DNA of 54,729 nucleotides, counting the filler, from Porpidia crustulata (taxonomy: Eukaryota): NCBI GenBank assembly GCA_964255105.1. It is 3 parts of 3 records of this genome, joined end to end, with 100 filler letters (N's around TTAATTAATTAA, not from the genome) between each part and the next. Parts side by side here need not be neighbours in the genome. Positions count along the whole stretch, not along the records: positions 1 to 18,210 come from CAXUWE010000188.1; 2 more parts are not named here. One strand, 5' to 3'. The notes beneath the pieces were generated by a model. That model had not been told where the DNA came from, did no database searches, and saw only the letters and a list, made by a program, of their open reading frames with translations. The translations under genes and the position numbers were made by a program. Positions within the stretch are counted from its first letter, which is position 1. The number at the start of each line of letters is the position of its first letter. Positions 1 through 12,304 of the stretch are shown piece after piece.

Positions 1-340
1 CTTCCAAACCCCCAATTCTTCGTAGTGAGAAAAAAGAAAAGAAGTAATGAATGAATGAGTAGCTCTAAGCGAAGCAGCCGGATCTTCATCAACCCGACTG
101 AGAAGGGCAAGCAGTCTTTTTCTATGTCGCCCTGCCTGGGGTAAGACCGCTGAACTGTAAGAAAAGAAATGCAACCAGTCTCCAAGAATCTAGTCTTTCT
201 TCCATGCTGTGTGTGATAACCCAAGCGCCATCAACGTTCTAAATGATAGTCCCAACCACGATGTAATATGTACAATTGTTCGCAACCAGCATCAAGGTCA
301 TCCACAGGGGTTGGGTAACTCGGCCCAGTCATGATCCAGA

Positions 341-3300
341 TCATCGACCAGTGGTCACCGTTAGCCCCGCGTATGCTTGCCCGCGGCTTGGAGCAGCCGA
401 AAGGGCGGCAGACACCGGCGTGGGCGATCTCGTTGGTGCGGCACTTCTGTTGTGTGCCATGTGCGCCTTGACAAGATGTCCGGCGGCGAGCGCGCTGCAC
501 AGACTGAGCTCACCGGCCAAAACGCTAGCGGCCACGATCCGAGCGAGACGGCGAGCATTGTCACCTGGGTTGGTGGGATGGGCGCCTTTGACTCCGAGGA
601 GGTCGAGCATTGCATTCTGCGGTTCGAGAACGGTGCCACCACCAATGGTGCCGACCTCGATCGATGGCATCGAAACGCTGATTTGAAGATTGCCGTTATA
701 GCTATATTGTGTTAGCAACAGCCAAGTCGTATTGACCGGATAACTTACTTCCGCATGACAGTGATGCAATTGCTGCTTTCCACATTCTGAGCAGGATCCT
801 GGCCTGTAGCCAAGAATAATGCAGTAACAATATTTGCTGCGTGCGCGTTGAATCCTCCAATACTCCCAGCCATTGCACTCCCGATGAGATTTTTACTTGT
901 ATTGAGCTCAACAAGAGCATTGACGTCGCTCTTTAGAACATTTCGGACGACGTCGCCTGGAATAATGGCCTCGGCTACCACGCTCTTACCCCTTCCGTCG
1001 ATCCAATTAATTGCCGCGGGCTTCTTATCAGTGCAGAAGTTGCCCGAAACAGAGATAATAGACATGTCCTCAAACCCGCTTTCCTCTGCCATGACATTGA
1101 GAGCACATTCGACGCCTTTGGATATCATGTTCATCCCCATAGCATCACCAGTAGTTGTCTTGAACCTGATGTAAAGATAAGTCCCGGCCATGGCAGTCTT
1201 CATCGATTGTAATCGTGCAAACCGACTAGTCGAATTGAAAGCTATTTTCATGGTCTTTTGACCATCCTCAGAGTCAAGCCAAAGCTTTGCCGCACCTGCT
1301 CTAGCCAAGGTCTGAAAGCCAACACATGGGCCTCTGGTCATGCCATCTCCAGTGAGAACGGTCGTGGCTCCACCAGCGGCGTTGATCGCTTTGCATCCTC
1401 TGTTTGTACTGGCAACCAGTACTCCTTCAGTGGTGGCCATTGGAATGTAGTAATGTTGCCCATCGATGATCAATGGTCCCGCAACACCAACAGGGATAGG
1501 CATGTAGCCAATGACGTTCTCGCAACACGCGCCATGCACGTTCTCATAATTGTAGTTTATATACGGCAATTTTGATCCTGCCAACAAGGTCGAAGTCTGC
1601 GATGTGACGGATGTTCGTGAGACCAAGGCTCGTCGGATCTTTACGGCTCGAGTCAAAGAAGCCAGCCTAGTCATGATCTTGGCGTTCTCCAGAGTTTTCT
1701 CCAATGCATAACCAGGAATCTTTCCACGCACCGCCAGGTCACTCAGCTCAATATCGTTCAGTTCAGCAGCTCTTTTGTCACGGACCATCCGCTCGCAGTC
1801 TGCCACACTTCTTTTTTCTACATCTTTCCCCGGCGGTTTGATTTCGGGAGCGTGACCATTTGCTTCGTCTTGCTTCACCTCCACAGGTGTAGTCTGCTCG
1901 GTTTCTTGAGGAGCGGCACGATTTTCGGCCTTTGCAGCAACCGTGTCCGTGACGCTATCATCTATTGCCCGTGGCTCTTTGATACTCCACCTTGCCGCAT
2001 TAAATAGATATCCATTCAGTACAAGACTCATGGTGAACGCAACAATAATCCACTTGCTCAGAATCGGATCTTCCAGGCTTTTGAGTATGCCCTCGATGAC
2101 CCTGCCTCCTACCATGACGTCAAAAATTTGATCTGTGTATTCGACGTCAAATATGGAGCTACCAGGTCCGTCAAGGTCTGGACTTGAGCGGATGTTCAAT
2201 TCGTACTTGATGGGTGGCAGCACTGCCACTATCGTTCTGACTTGCTGTTCCTTGGCAGTCCTCAACAAATAATCGAGACCGTTCTGTGCAATCTTGAAGG
2301 GATCCATCGGCGGAGGCGCAAGCCCGCATGAGAACCCAGGTACGCTTGACAACCCACACGAGTTCGGTGCTTGAATGTCTTTAGGTCCGGCTCGGAAAGG
2401 AATGGTGCAGAGATTCAGAATGTTTAGGAATATGAATCCAGTGACCATAAGAGCCTTGAATTTCGGAATGCTGCTTTCTCCAACCTTTTTACCAAACACG
2501 GCAGGCCCATCTCTTCCTTCACCGTTTGCACTTGTATCTCCAGGGCTGTATCGTGGCCACTCGTTCTCGGAAGCAACATTTTCAGCGACGCGCTTGCTTA
2601 CTCCGTCCTCCACAAGGGCTCGTCGTAACGCGACATGACGCTTAATCCGGTTTATTTCCAGCTTGACGCTCAGAATCGCAGCGTAGAATGTGAACAGCAG
2701 AATGCAATCGAAAAACAGAGTCCAGGCTGCAAGGAAGCAAAACTGCCTCAGTCCTCCCTGCACTCCAGACGCAGCCCCAGCGACCAAGATGGCAATTTCA
2801 ATGCAATAATCGCGGACAATCTCGAACCCTTTCCCTTGAACGGCTACTTGAAGTGAAGATTGAATCGTCCTTGGAGTGCCATCACTAGCAGACTCGTTCG
2901 AACCTGGTTGTACATCTTGACGCCTTGAGCTCAACGATGCCGAAAGTACCGCCTTAGTGAGTATTATAGGTTTTTCAAACCCAATGGTAACCACTAGAAA
3001 CGGTAATCCTTCGGATAGTAAAACGAGATTAATGGCGACTCCTAATTTCGTGGTAACGATGAGGCCGAAGAGAAATGCAAACGCTGATGAGATCAAAACA
3101 CTCGTTGCAAGCCAAAAGTTGGATCCCATGCGTCGCATTGACACAAATAATGAAACAAAGGTCAGGTGCATAGCAAGATAGCCAAGGACCATGATAATGA
3201 TATCCAGTGATTCCGCATTCTATCGAGAATTTAGTAAGGAACAGCGTCCGTAATATTAACTTCCAGTATACCTTGAGTAAACTTAGAAAGCCGATCCAAG

Positions 3301-4056
3301 CATCTGAAACCCAGCTACGGAGCGTGCTTCGTGAAGCTTGCTCATTGTTCTTTGTAGCATTGATCACCCATAGCTTCGTCGTGTGTGTGTGTTTCCCATT
3401 CTGGTCCCTGCAAAAGGTCGCTTCATTCGGTAGTTTTTGGACGGTCTCCAGGAATCCGGCCGCTTCGTCCATGGGCACGGAAAACGCCAGACTTGTGTCT
3501 TGGGAAAAGGGCGAGAGCAGATTTAAGGTCGGGGGAAGAGAATGGATGGTGGTATTCTCAGGGAGAGGTACTTCGTCCGCCAATGGCGCAGTCCGTGGGG
3601 GAATATTCGGCGATGAATCCGGAAACACGAACGTCATAAGTGCTATGTGTTGCGTGCCCTGCGACAGTGTTAATCACGTCAGAAATCTCCTAGCCTAGAA
3701 GGGCGTACGACTGGTTCAACGTCCCAGGCGCTATTGTCCGCCTGCCACTTCCACGCCGTCTCCTCCCCGAGCCTTAGCTGTCGACCATTCTCGACCAGCG
3801 ACGAAAGCCCGACGCCCCCTGCACCATTCACGGAGCCTGTGCGGTCAAAGAGGCTCCCTTCGAGGAGGCCAATGTACGAGGTACTTGCCAAAAGTGCCAC
3901 AAAGACAATGGTATGTATCGGATGCGTAAAGGCATTCCGCGAGACTGGTTGCAAGACTTTCGTAATTTCTCGGTTGAAATAGCCAGGATTCGCGGGTGCT
4001 TCGGCATGAGGCTGGTCGCTACGAAACCTTGCCGGAAGCAGAGAGGCTCCGAGCAT
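341..4056 (-). CDS. HMG1: HMG-CoA reductase (class I, ER membrane, sterol-sensing domain); exons 4056-3709, 3658-3272, 3219-749, 701-341
   Basis: N-terminal HPIHT motif; sterol-sensing TM region ([16 protein letters not shown]); catalytic motifs [59 protein letters not shown]. Three GT-AG introns join the ORF pieces in frame. Confidence 0.97.
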
Positions 4057-7000
4057 GATAGCTGTTGAAGACTTGGCGATGTACGATAGCCAGATTCGAT
4101 TCAAAGCCTTAGCAGGAGAGATCGGTTTTCGACATGAGAATGAGGAAGCTTCTGGAAATTGTGCGTTCTGCGATCACAGCTGGTATAGTCAGCAAAAGCA
4201 AGGCTCGGACTCGGCATGTCATTCAGTGTGGGTGACAGCCTCATTTCAGCGACATAGGGTTACAGACCGCTGATTGCTGCAGGGTATTGTGCACCCAGAC
4301 AACCTCTATATTTGAGCAGCGACCAGTTGAACGCAGAGCTTACCGAGACGCAGGGCAAATGAGGGTGACAATACTTAGGTGTCGCGAAAACCAACGGCTT
4401 TGTTATATGTTACTTTCTCTCGGCCGATAAGAATAATTCGAGAAACACTTGTAGGTGGGGATTCGGAATAAGGCTGAGCACTGCTTGCAGATTAAAGGCC
4501 ATACTCGAGCAAACCGCGATCATGAGATGGAGGATTTTGGCAAGAGGTACTGAGGGTAACAGAGTAATTGAACTTTTGGCAACGTCATATGGGGAAGTTG
4601 AAAATAGCGTTCTCCCTCATGTTGCACCGGTAAATCAAGTACGGCAGGAAACAACTTAAAACCCCACCCAAAAAAATCGACACTCGAAAATTACAAGGCG
4701 ACCGACCGTTGGGTTTTCATCTAAGTTGCTATCGGCGTCCGTTGAACCCTCTTACGCCGCTCACGCCTCTTTTCGGGTAAATCACCAAAGATTTCAAAAC
4801 GTTCCTACTTCAATATGATAACGAATTTTCAAGCACATTCTTCCATACGCATATCAATGCGAAGCTTGAAATCAGAGCTTCAAAATGCAGCCAAGTCTCT
4901 AAGTCTTCAGCCAATATACATTGAGAAATTACGACTTCAAGTACGTGAGGAGGGGCAAAGTTGGTAACCCGAACCCCGGTTTTGGGTTGCCTGTTTCTAC
5001 CCAAACCCAATCCAACGGTCACGCTACGGGTCAGATTTTGGGATGAGGCTGAGCACAACTGGCAAGTCAAAGACCGTACTCGGGCAAATGGCGACAACGA
5101 TATGGAATGAGTGCTTTGGTAAGAGGTACTATGTGTGGAGGGTAGCAGGCATGCAGGCATGCAGGCACGCAGGGTAGCAATGAATGTGGCAAGTTTACAG
5201 GGTCGTCTTGCCCAAGTTGGACATAGCGATCTCCCATCATCCTGCACCAGTAAGACGGACATTGGCCCGACCATGGGACCAGCAACGGCCATGGTCTAAA
5301 CTGCCACCGTCTGGGGTAAGCTCAGTAGACAGACCGGCACAACACCGGCACGCCGGCACTAAGGCTACCTACCTTACTGTGATACTGTACGGCGCAACCA
5401 GATATCATCATTGACTAGGTATCGTTGATCTTTTGCCTGTCATTCGTTTCGAATGCCAACATTCATCCCCTTCTGATCTGATGCCTTTTGTTCGCAACGC
5501 TTATCGTGAATCTAATCAGGCATACAAAACAATTGTGCGCGGTCGGCATGATATCCTACGGGGAAATGACCGGTTATCCTTGCAAAGAATTCCACACCCG
5601 GATTGGGCTATCGGCATTGGACGTAAAGGGTAGTGTCTGGCGGGCGTAATACCCTCAGGCTGGCAATGGAGGCTCATTATGTTTCTACCATCGTAAGGAT
5701 GAGGATACCATGGTCGTCATGATCATAATTTGGCGTGTGCTATTGTTAGACATTAGGTATGTCGGATCGATATGATGGTAGAGAGCTCTACAATGCTAGT
5801 CTACAGAAAACGCACGACATCTAGAAAGTCCCCGCTTGTCGGCCCCTCATCTCTACTCAGTGTAGAAATCTTTGAAATCAGCGAAGGCTGCTTGTCTGTC
5901 GATTATTAGGGCTTGATGTTCGACACCAGCTTGAAAGCTATGTTCAATGCTGCGCGTGTGCTATATCCCGTTGTTTCCCATACTCGAAGTTAAAAATACA
6001 TCAAGATCGAAAACGCTCGTGAACTTTGGACGAGGAAAGATTTCATGCTCTTAGGCATTTCTCGCCAATATAGGAGCTGCGCCTGAGGTTCAACTGTCAA
6101 GTTTTTGTGAAGCTGCTTTGGTATGGAGTGCTTATGATGAGCTGAAGTCAAGTGCGAAAAGAAAGAGTATTCGAAGGAATCGCAAAGTGGTGGAAGGACG
6201 CACATATATAGTACGGGTAAGGCCGCAAATTGATGCAAGTGCTCGTTGATGCAGCGTTTTATTCTGCAGCAACCCGAATGGTGGGACACATGGTTGGACT
6301 CAAGGACAAGGATCTTGACGGAGCTAGGTGATTTAACAATCGTCGGGTTTCCAGAAGCAATTCGGATGGCGACCTTGTACATGAGCAACAACCCCCTCCA
6401 GTTCCGTGGATTCTGGTTGACCCAAGCCGCTGATAGGGCAGGTGGTGCGTCCCGCACCGATGATTGTTTTGAAGTGTCTGCGCACTATCGACCGTCTCTG
6501 CTCTGCTTGATCAAGACATCCTTGGCGATTGGAGTCTGTGCGGATGGATCTCATGGCCAGGTTCTTATACGTAGATGGCTGGGACCTTGTATTCTTGAAC
6601 TGTGAAGTTATCTACCGATAGCATTCCCTCCTCATCTTAACGCTTTTGCATTCTGCAAAACTATATTGCAAACTTCTTAGTACTGATTCGAGCGGGAACA
6701 TAGCCCAGCTTTCTATTTGCTGATGAAGCCGAAATGCGTGGTAATTATTAGTCGTCTTGATCCATGTCGTGACCAAACCTCTCCCTCGAGCCGTGCTGTC
6801 AGGCTTTAGGAACAGAGCGGCATTTTTCCCGCCACTGAGTCAATGCTCGCGGTATGTCCAATGCCATAGCAATCCAGTGGTCTTCTGGGGTTTCAGTTCC
6901 AAGATGGTCGGTGGGGAAAACTATGTAGGATATTCCAGCCACTTGCTGGCTGCGTTGTGTTCGAGGTGAGCTGAGTGATCGCTCAGAAAGTAGTCCGGAG

Positions 7001-8272
7001 AGAGGAACTTGTGGATCCTCTTGGTAAGTGCAAAGCTCGTACAGCAGTGTCGGAATGTGCCACAGTTCAGCATCCAGTCCTCATCCTCCGTCCTTAGCAG
7101 GTTCTAAGTAGATGACAGCGCAGTCAATCTTACTTGGCACTGGATCTCGACCATCCCAGAGAAGGCGAGCATATTGAACGCTTTTGTGTCCGACAGCTCG
7201 GCGAAAGGCTTCATTTTGGCGGGTTTGAGAGAGAGTAACTTCAGAGCCTGTTATTCTTCTTGGCTTTTGAGCGGCATCGGTGTCCTTGTATCCAAGCTCA
7301 TTAAGGGCCTAGCAGTGTCGTCAAGCTCATGGCGGTAGAATCGCTGAAGTCCATTAATAGAGCGAGGTAATTGGGTTACGAATGACAAAGCAACATCTAC
7401 AGCCGGCATCATTAAGGACTGTAGCAGCATGGATGTGCGGACTAGAGATCTTCAGCATCACCTTTGGTGGATGCCGTGCGGTAGTGAACAAGACGTCTCA
7501 ACACATGATATCTCGGCCTCAAAGTCATGTGGTCTCTGGGTGATCCCGAAACAACTACGATGTCAATATTTCACACTCTCACAAGTTTCGGCCACACACG
7601 CGGACTTTAACATAAGCTGACAAATGATTGTAAGGTGAGCAGAATCCAAGCGAAAAGATGTGGAAAAGATAACGATAGGAGAATGAGATTCAATTCCCAG
7701 CATGTTCGACTCTCGCCGGCGACCATAAATAGATAGGTCTTGACGCTATCAATCGTTTCACAAAATATCAGCTGATAGGTGACCTTTCTTAGGGACCACA
7801 ATATCAATAATTGGTGCTACTGAGTGGTGTACCACCTTGAGCATATATCTTACAATCAGCAGCCACTGGGACCCACGCAATCCTGACATTTGCCGAGCCC
7901 AGGAAAGCCGTGGAGTCTGGAACCTGACCGATACAGCCCTAGGAGATTCAAATCGAAGCCGGGAGTGGCAGACGGTAAACCTCTTGTGCTTTACGGTCGG
8001 CAAAAGGTCACATTTAAGGCGTGATGACCGCCTACTGCTGGTCATGTTAAGGTCTCAACACAACATTGAAATCTGCCTGCTGGCTAGGATCTTTTGGACC
8101 AGCTCTTCGGTCTGACAGGATTAGCAAATATGTTGGAGGGCTACCGGTACATTACGAGATATCGCCTATCAACATTGAGAGAATATAAAAAATGAATCGG
8201 AAGCAATCGGTACTGATAAGGAAGCAGATGATATCCAGACAAGACGATCTGAAGAAAAGTCAAAAACATTAT

Positions 8273-8925
8273 TCATTTCTTGGCCGTCTTCGCCTTTTTA
8301 GCAGGCGCTTTCTCCTTGACATCCTTCTCTTGGGGCTCCGTCTCCTCGTCCGGTGCACTCCGTTTCGTGCCAATACGCGTGCTTTTCCTCGTTCCAGTCG
8401 CCAGTTCTTTTTTCTCCTTGGGAGCTTTTGTTTTGGAGTCGCCTTTCTTCCCTGTAGCTTTCTTTGCACTGTTGGCTTTTGGTTTCTCTTTGGTATCTTT
8501 CTCCTGATTGTCGGTTTTCACTTCTTCCTTCTTTATTGCTTCGCTCTTAGCCTCGGGTGGACCCTTGGCGGGCTCGTTCTTGGATCCAGCTACGTTCTCA
8601 TATCCGCCGCCTTCTTTCTCATACTCCTTCGAAAGTTTGGAAGCCTGTGGTCGATCATGGCTTAGCAAATGATAGCCAGAACTCGAACAATACAACGCGT
8701 CTGTCGGGTTTTGGCAGGCATAAGATTTCAAATCCTTACCTTCCATGCACTCCACTGGCCTTTTCCACCTCCGTCCTTGTTTGTCTCATTCTGTACCTCT
8801 GGGGGGAAATGCACATCAGTCTTGGAAATGTGGTTACATCATTATTTGGGACGCTTGGAAAACCAACTTTCTTTGACTTCTTCGCGCAACTTAGGATCCG
8901 TGGGCTTTCCTTTGGAAGATGGCAT
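8273..8925 (-). CDS. Small Lys/Glu-rich protein resembling DUF5872 family; 3 exons
   Basis: Spliced translation MPSSKGKPTDPKLREEVKEK|VQNETNKDGGGKGQWSAWK|ASKLSKEYEKEGGGYEN followed by a Lys-rich tail. Introns GTTGGT..CAG and GTAAGG..CAG keep frame. Family assigned from the remembered GQWSAWKA...YEKxGGGY motif. Confidence 0.8.
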
Positions 8926-9106
8926 CGTCAAAAAGTATGTAAGGTCTGTTAGGTTGACAGTCTAGGGTTGTCGCATATTCTTGAAGAGTGTGTCCGAGTG
9001 TCGCAATTCCCAGCCATTAGCGGATGCGACGGTCTCTAGTTCTTCCGCCCCGGGCTTCTCATAATTGTAGTTGCAGTTGCAACAAGAGTAATACCTTGGT
9101 TTTAAC

Positions 9107-9876
9107 TCAATTGCTACGCCGGGGCACTGCATCACTATTGATACTTATGGTATCAATACCCAATTGCTGAAATTCAGTCCTTGTGGAGCCCCAACCTTGC
9201 TCTCCAGCATCTACACTTCTTACGGCCTCCTCAACCACGAGGACTGTAAAACCTGCTTTCTTCGCATCGATGGCGGAGTTCCGGACACAATAGTCACCAG
9301 CTACACCGACCACGTACACATGACTGATGGCAGCTTTCTGCAGTTCTTCGGTAAGGTCAAAACTGGCTGCTTCTGTCTTATTCCCAAAACAGTCGGCGAA
9401 CCCAGAGAACATCTCAACTCTTTTGTCCATTCCTTTCTTCATAATCTTGTCAAACTTCGAGATGTTGAGTTCCGGAACGAGGTCAGCTCCCTTCGTACCT
9501 TGTACACAGTGGACAGGCCAGATGGGGATCTCGAGTATCTCAGAAGAATCGAAGGGATTGGCTATTTTAGTGTAGGATTTGAGAGGCTTATTATCTGGAG
9601 GTGGGTGGGAAGTCTCGAATGATACGTGATCCAACGGATGATAGTCCTGGGTAGCAATTTTCAAGGCAAATGGAAGTGAGAGCAGATTATTGATCGCTGG
9701 AACTATTTCCCTAGCCCCGGAGATTGCTAAAGAGCCATTCTACAGTAGTTTCGTCAGTTACATGAGCTTAGCAGGCTTTCTTTGATACGTTCACACACCG
9801 GTGGACAAAAGTCTTCTTGCAAATCCACGACAAGTAAAGCTGCCCTGAAGGCAGGTTCAACGCTCGACGCTGCCAT
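9107..9876 (-). CDS. PNC1: Nicotinamidase/pyrazinamidase (isochorismatase family); 2 exons
   Basis: ALLVVDLQEDFCPP|NGSLA, TQDYHPLDHVSF, WPVHCVQGTKGA, EMFSGF, GVAGDYCV motifs; one GT-AG intron at ~9798-9740. Confidence 0.93.
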
Positions 9877-10213
9877 CAAGACTAGTGCGCTTGCTTACAA
9901 GAAAGCCACGTAGTTTGGTGGTATAAGTACGGTGATGGCGACTAAATCATTGTATGTGTGAAGACTTCAGCTTAAGCTTGCAGTACCACTTGAGTTCTAT
10001 TATTCTCCATGAGTACCTAGAGTACAAAATTCCTTTTAGACCTCGGTGCCTCGGAATGATCGACTCGGGAGCGCTATGACCGATTCGAACCAGCTAGAAT
10101 AAAAATGGAATAAGGGAATGAATCCACTGGGAGACCATGATAGCACGGTGGTATGACTATATAGTCATCTGTATAGTTCTCAACAGCGCCAAAGAAGGTG
10201 AGTACGTTGCTGT

Positions 10214-11176
10214 TCACGCTGTAGCAAATTCCCTGCAAGCATCCTCAACCAATCTCCTTGGCGCTAAAAGAGAAAACCTCGGTTCCCCAGCGTCCTGCCA
10301 CAAGCAAACCTCTTCGCCGCGCTTCTCTACAGTCTGCTTGATGGGTATGTTGTCCGCTATTACGTCCTGAAAAAAAGTCTTGACAGCCAGTAAAATCTCC
10401 ACCCCTTTGGCGGAGGACGTTACGTGGCCACAGCCGATCGTGAGGGAAGCTTTATCCTGGTCCATATTCTTCGTTACAACGAAGCTCATCAGTTTGTTCA
10501 AAGATTCCATGTAATCAATAATGCTACCTTCTTTGGGGAAGATAATGGCTTGCTCATAGGATTTGTCGTTTGCCATACGCTCATAGAAGGAGTCGCCTAC
10601 ATTGAGGTGACGCTCCTGTTCATCATACCAAGCGAGTTCATCAGGGGTATGTCCAGGCGTAGCTATAATTTGGAGACCCAGAGACACCTTATTGAAGAAG
10701 ACTTTTTCGTAATCTTTAGCCCAGTAAGATACCGTATAAGTAGGAGTGGGAACGCCAATGTAAAGACACAAAGAATGTTCAGGAAGGTTTTCTTCAACAA
10801 AGGATTTCCCGTGGCATGAAGCCAGAATAGCAGGTTCAGTATCCGCAAACTCAGTAATTCCCAGAATGTGGTCATAGTGGCAATGCGTGCAGATGATCAA
10901 ATACCTCTTAGAGGGTTTACCATTTCTTTGACGGGGATTGAGCGGTCGCCCTCCATTGGCGCCAATCGGAGAGGTCTCTATAAAATCACGGAGGCTGCTC
11001 GGAGAAGAGCCTGAGGTATCAGCAGTTCCTCCACATCCAGTATCCGACAGCACGACCAGGTCGGGGTATATCTTAGCGTAGACAAAAGGATGCTCAGCAT
11101 ATTTGTCGTTTTCAACAATGAAAAAAGTCGTAGAATTGAGTCTAGTGCACTGGAAATAAGGCAACGATGCCTGCAT
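10214..11176 (-). CDS. Metallo-beta-lactamase-fold metallo-hydrolase, intronless, 320 aa
   Basis: DTGCG, THCHYDH (HxHxDH), TPGHTPD, GDSFY and CGH metal-ligand motifs. Confidence 0.9.
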   Translation of the reverse strand: MQASLPYFQCTRLNSTTFFIVENDKYAEHPFVYAKIYPDLVVLSDTGCGGTADTSGSSPSSLRDFIETSPIGANGGRPLNPRQRNGKPSKRYLIICTHCHYDHILGITEFADTEPAILASCHGKSFVEENLPEHSLCLYIGVPTPTYTVSYWAKDYEKVFFNKVSLGLQIIATPGHTPDELAWYDEQERHLNVGDSFYERMANDKSYEQAIIFPKEGSIIDYMESLNKLMSFVVTKNMDQDKASLTIGCGHVTSSAKGVEILLAVKTFFQDVIADNIPIKQTVEKRGEEVCLWQDAGEPRFSLLAPRRLVEDACREFATA

Positions 11177-12304
11177 CTTTCTACCAAGTCCAATGAAAGC
11201 TTTTGCTGAAATATCCCGGATTGGGCGATAATCCTAAACAGCCCGAGGAAATTAATTGAAACTCCCTACCGTTACCCTGTACATGGCAAGACAGACTGTC
11301 AGATTGAGACCGACAAAGGCGCGACCTTGGACAGGTTAAAAAAATTCCGAGTTGCTGATCTAGGATGCCACGATGGCGAGTATCTGATTGACTCGCTCTT
11401 GTTTGCCGACGTCGCGGTCGTTGAGAGGTTGAAACGCTAACGGGTTTTCCAAACACGCTAATCATGAAACATGACACGGATTTTGCCAGCCTACTGGACC
11501 GGAGTTATTCTTCAGACCTCACTTGCACTAAATTACTACGACTCCCTTCGAGTTTGCCTCTACATATGTCTAACCATGACTCTAGATCTAATCATCTTCG
11601 AACGCTACCTGATGGGTGAGCCTTGGGCCTATCTTACCCTACGCGCGGAATTAGCCCTCGATGAAATTGGCCTATCAATGAACTATCCTACCTAGATTTC
11701 GAAGCAAAGGAAGGTGAGGATCGTGAAGCACAATTCTCAATGTCAAAATAGCCACAGTCTTCATGTTTGATGCCAGGTGTCGACATTTTCGCCATTGGTG
11801 CCCAGAGAATCACCAGTATGAAACTGGATACAATGCGATTGTCCGACCCTCCGCATTCAACTCTTTCGAACGGATCTGCTTTGTTGAATCTTCGTGTTTC
11901 GTGACTATGCCATTATGTGATATATGTTTACATGCCATCGCCCTATTGTCAATCTATAGACCGTTGTTATTCTTTCCTTCACTCTGGTGAACCTTTATTG
12001 TACTCAAGACAATAAGGTCACTTCGCTGTCCGGCATCATTGTTCCTAGATTCACTCTTTGTTCACTCTTCTTTGTTGTCCATGCTGGTTGTGGATGTGAT
12101 TGATGTCTCAATAAGACTCTTCGCCTCTGTCTTGATCCTTTCTCTGATTCTACCACAATATTCTGATACTTAATACCTCATACTTCCCAATATCATACTT
12201 TCTCTTTACAATAACCTAAAGCTCGATCCGCCACCCTCCACTCCTCACTACCAGACCTTACACAAGCACCATCCCCGACCGAATACCAACAGTACTCATC
12301 AAAG

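Noticed and set aside
276..3982. Multiple plus-strand ORFs over HMG1, and similar antisense ORFs over other genes
   Set aside because: Antisense shadows of real coding sequence with no recognisable motifs.
4060..5000. Sterol-response elements upstream of HMG1 (for example ATCATGAGAT near 4519)
   Set aside because: Only a partial match to SrbA-type consensus; cannot be distinguished from chance without conservation data.
10040..10100. B-box-like GGTTCGAATC on the minus strand suggesting a tRNA
   Set aside because: No pairing T-stem, acceptor stem or D-arm can be built around it.
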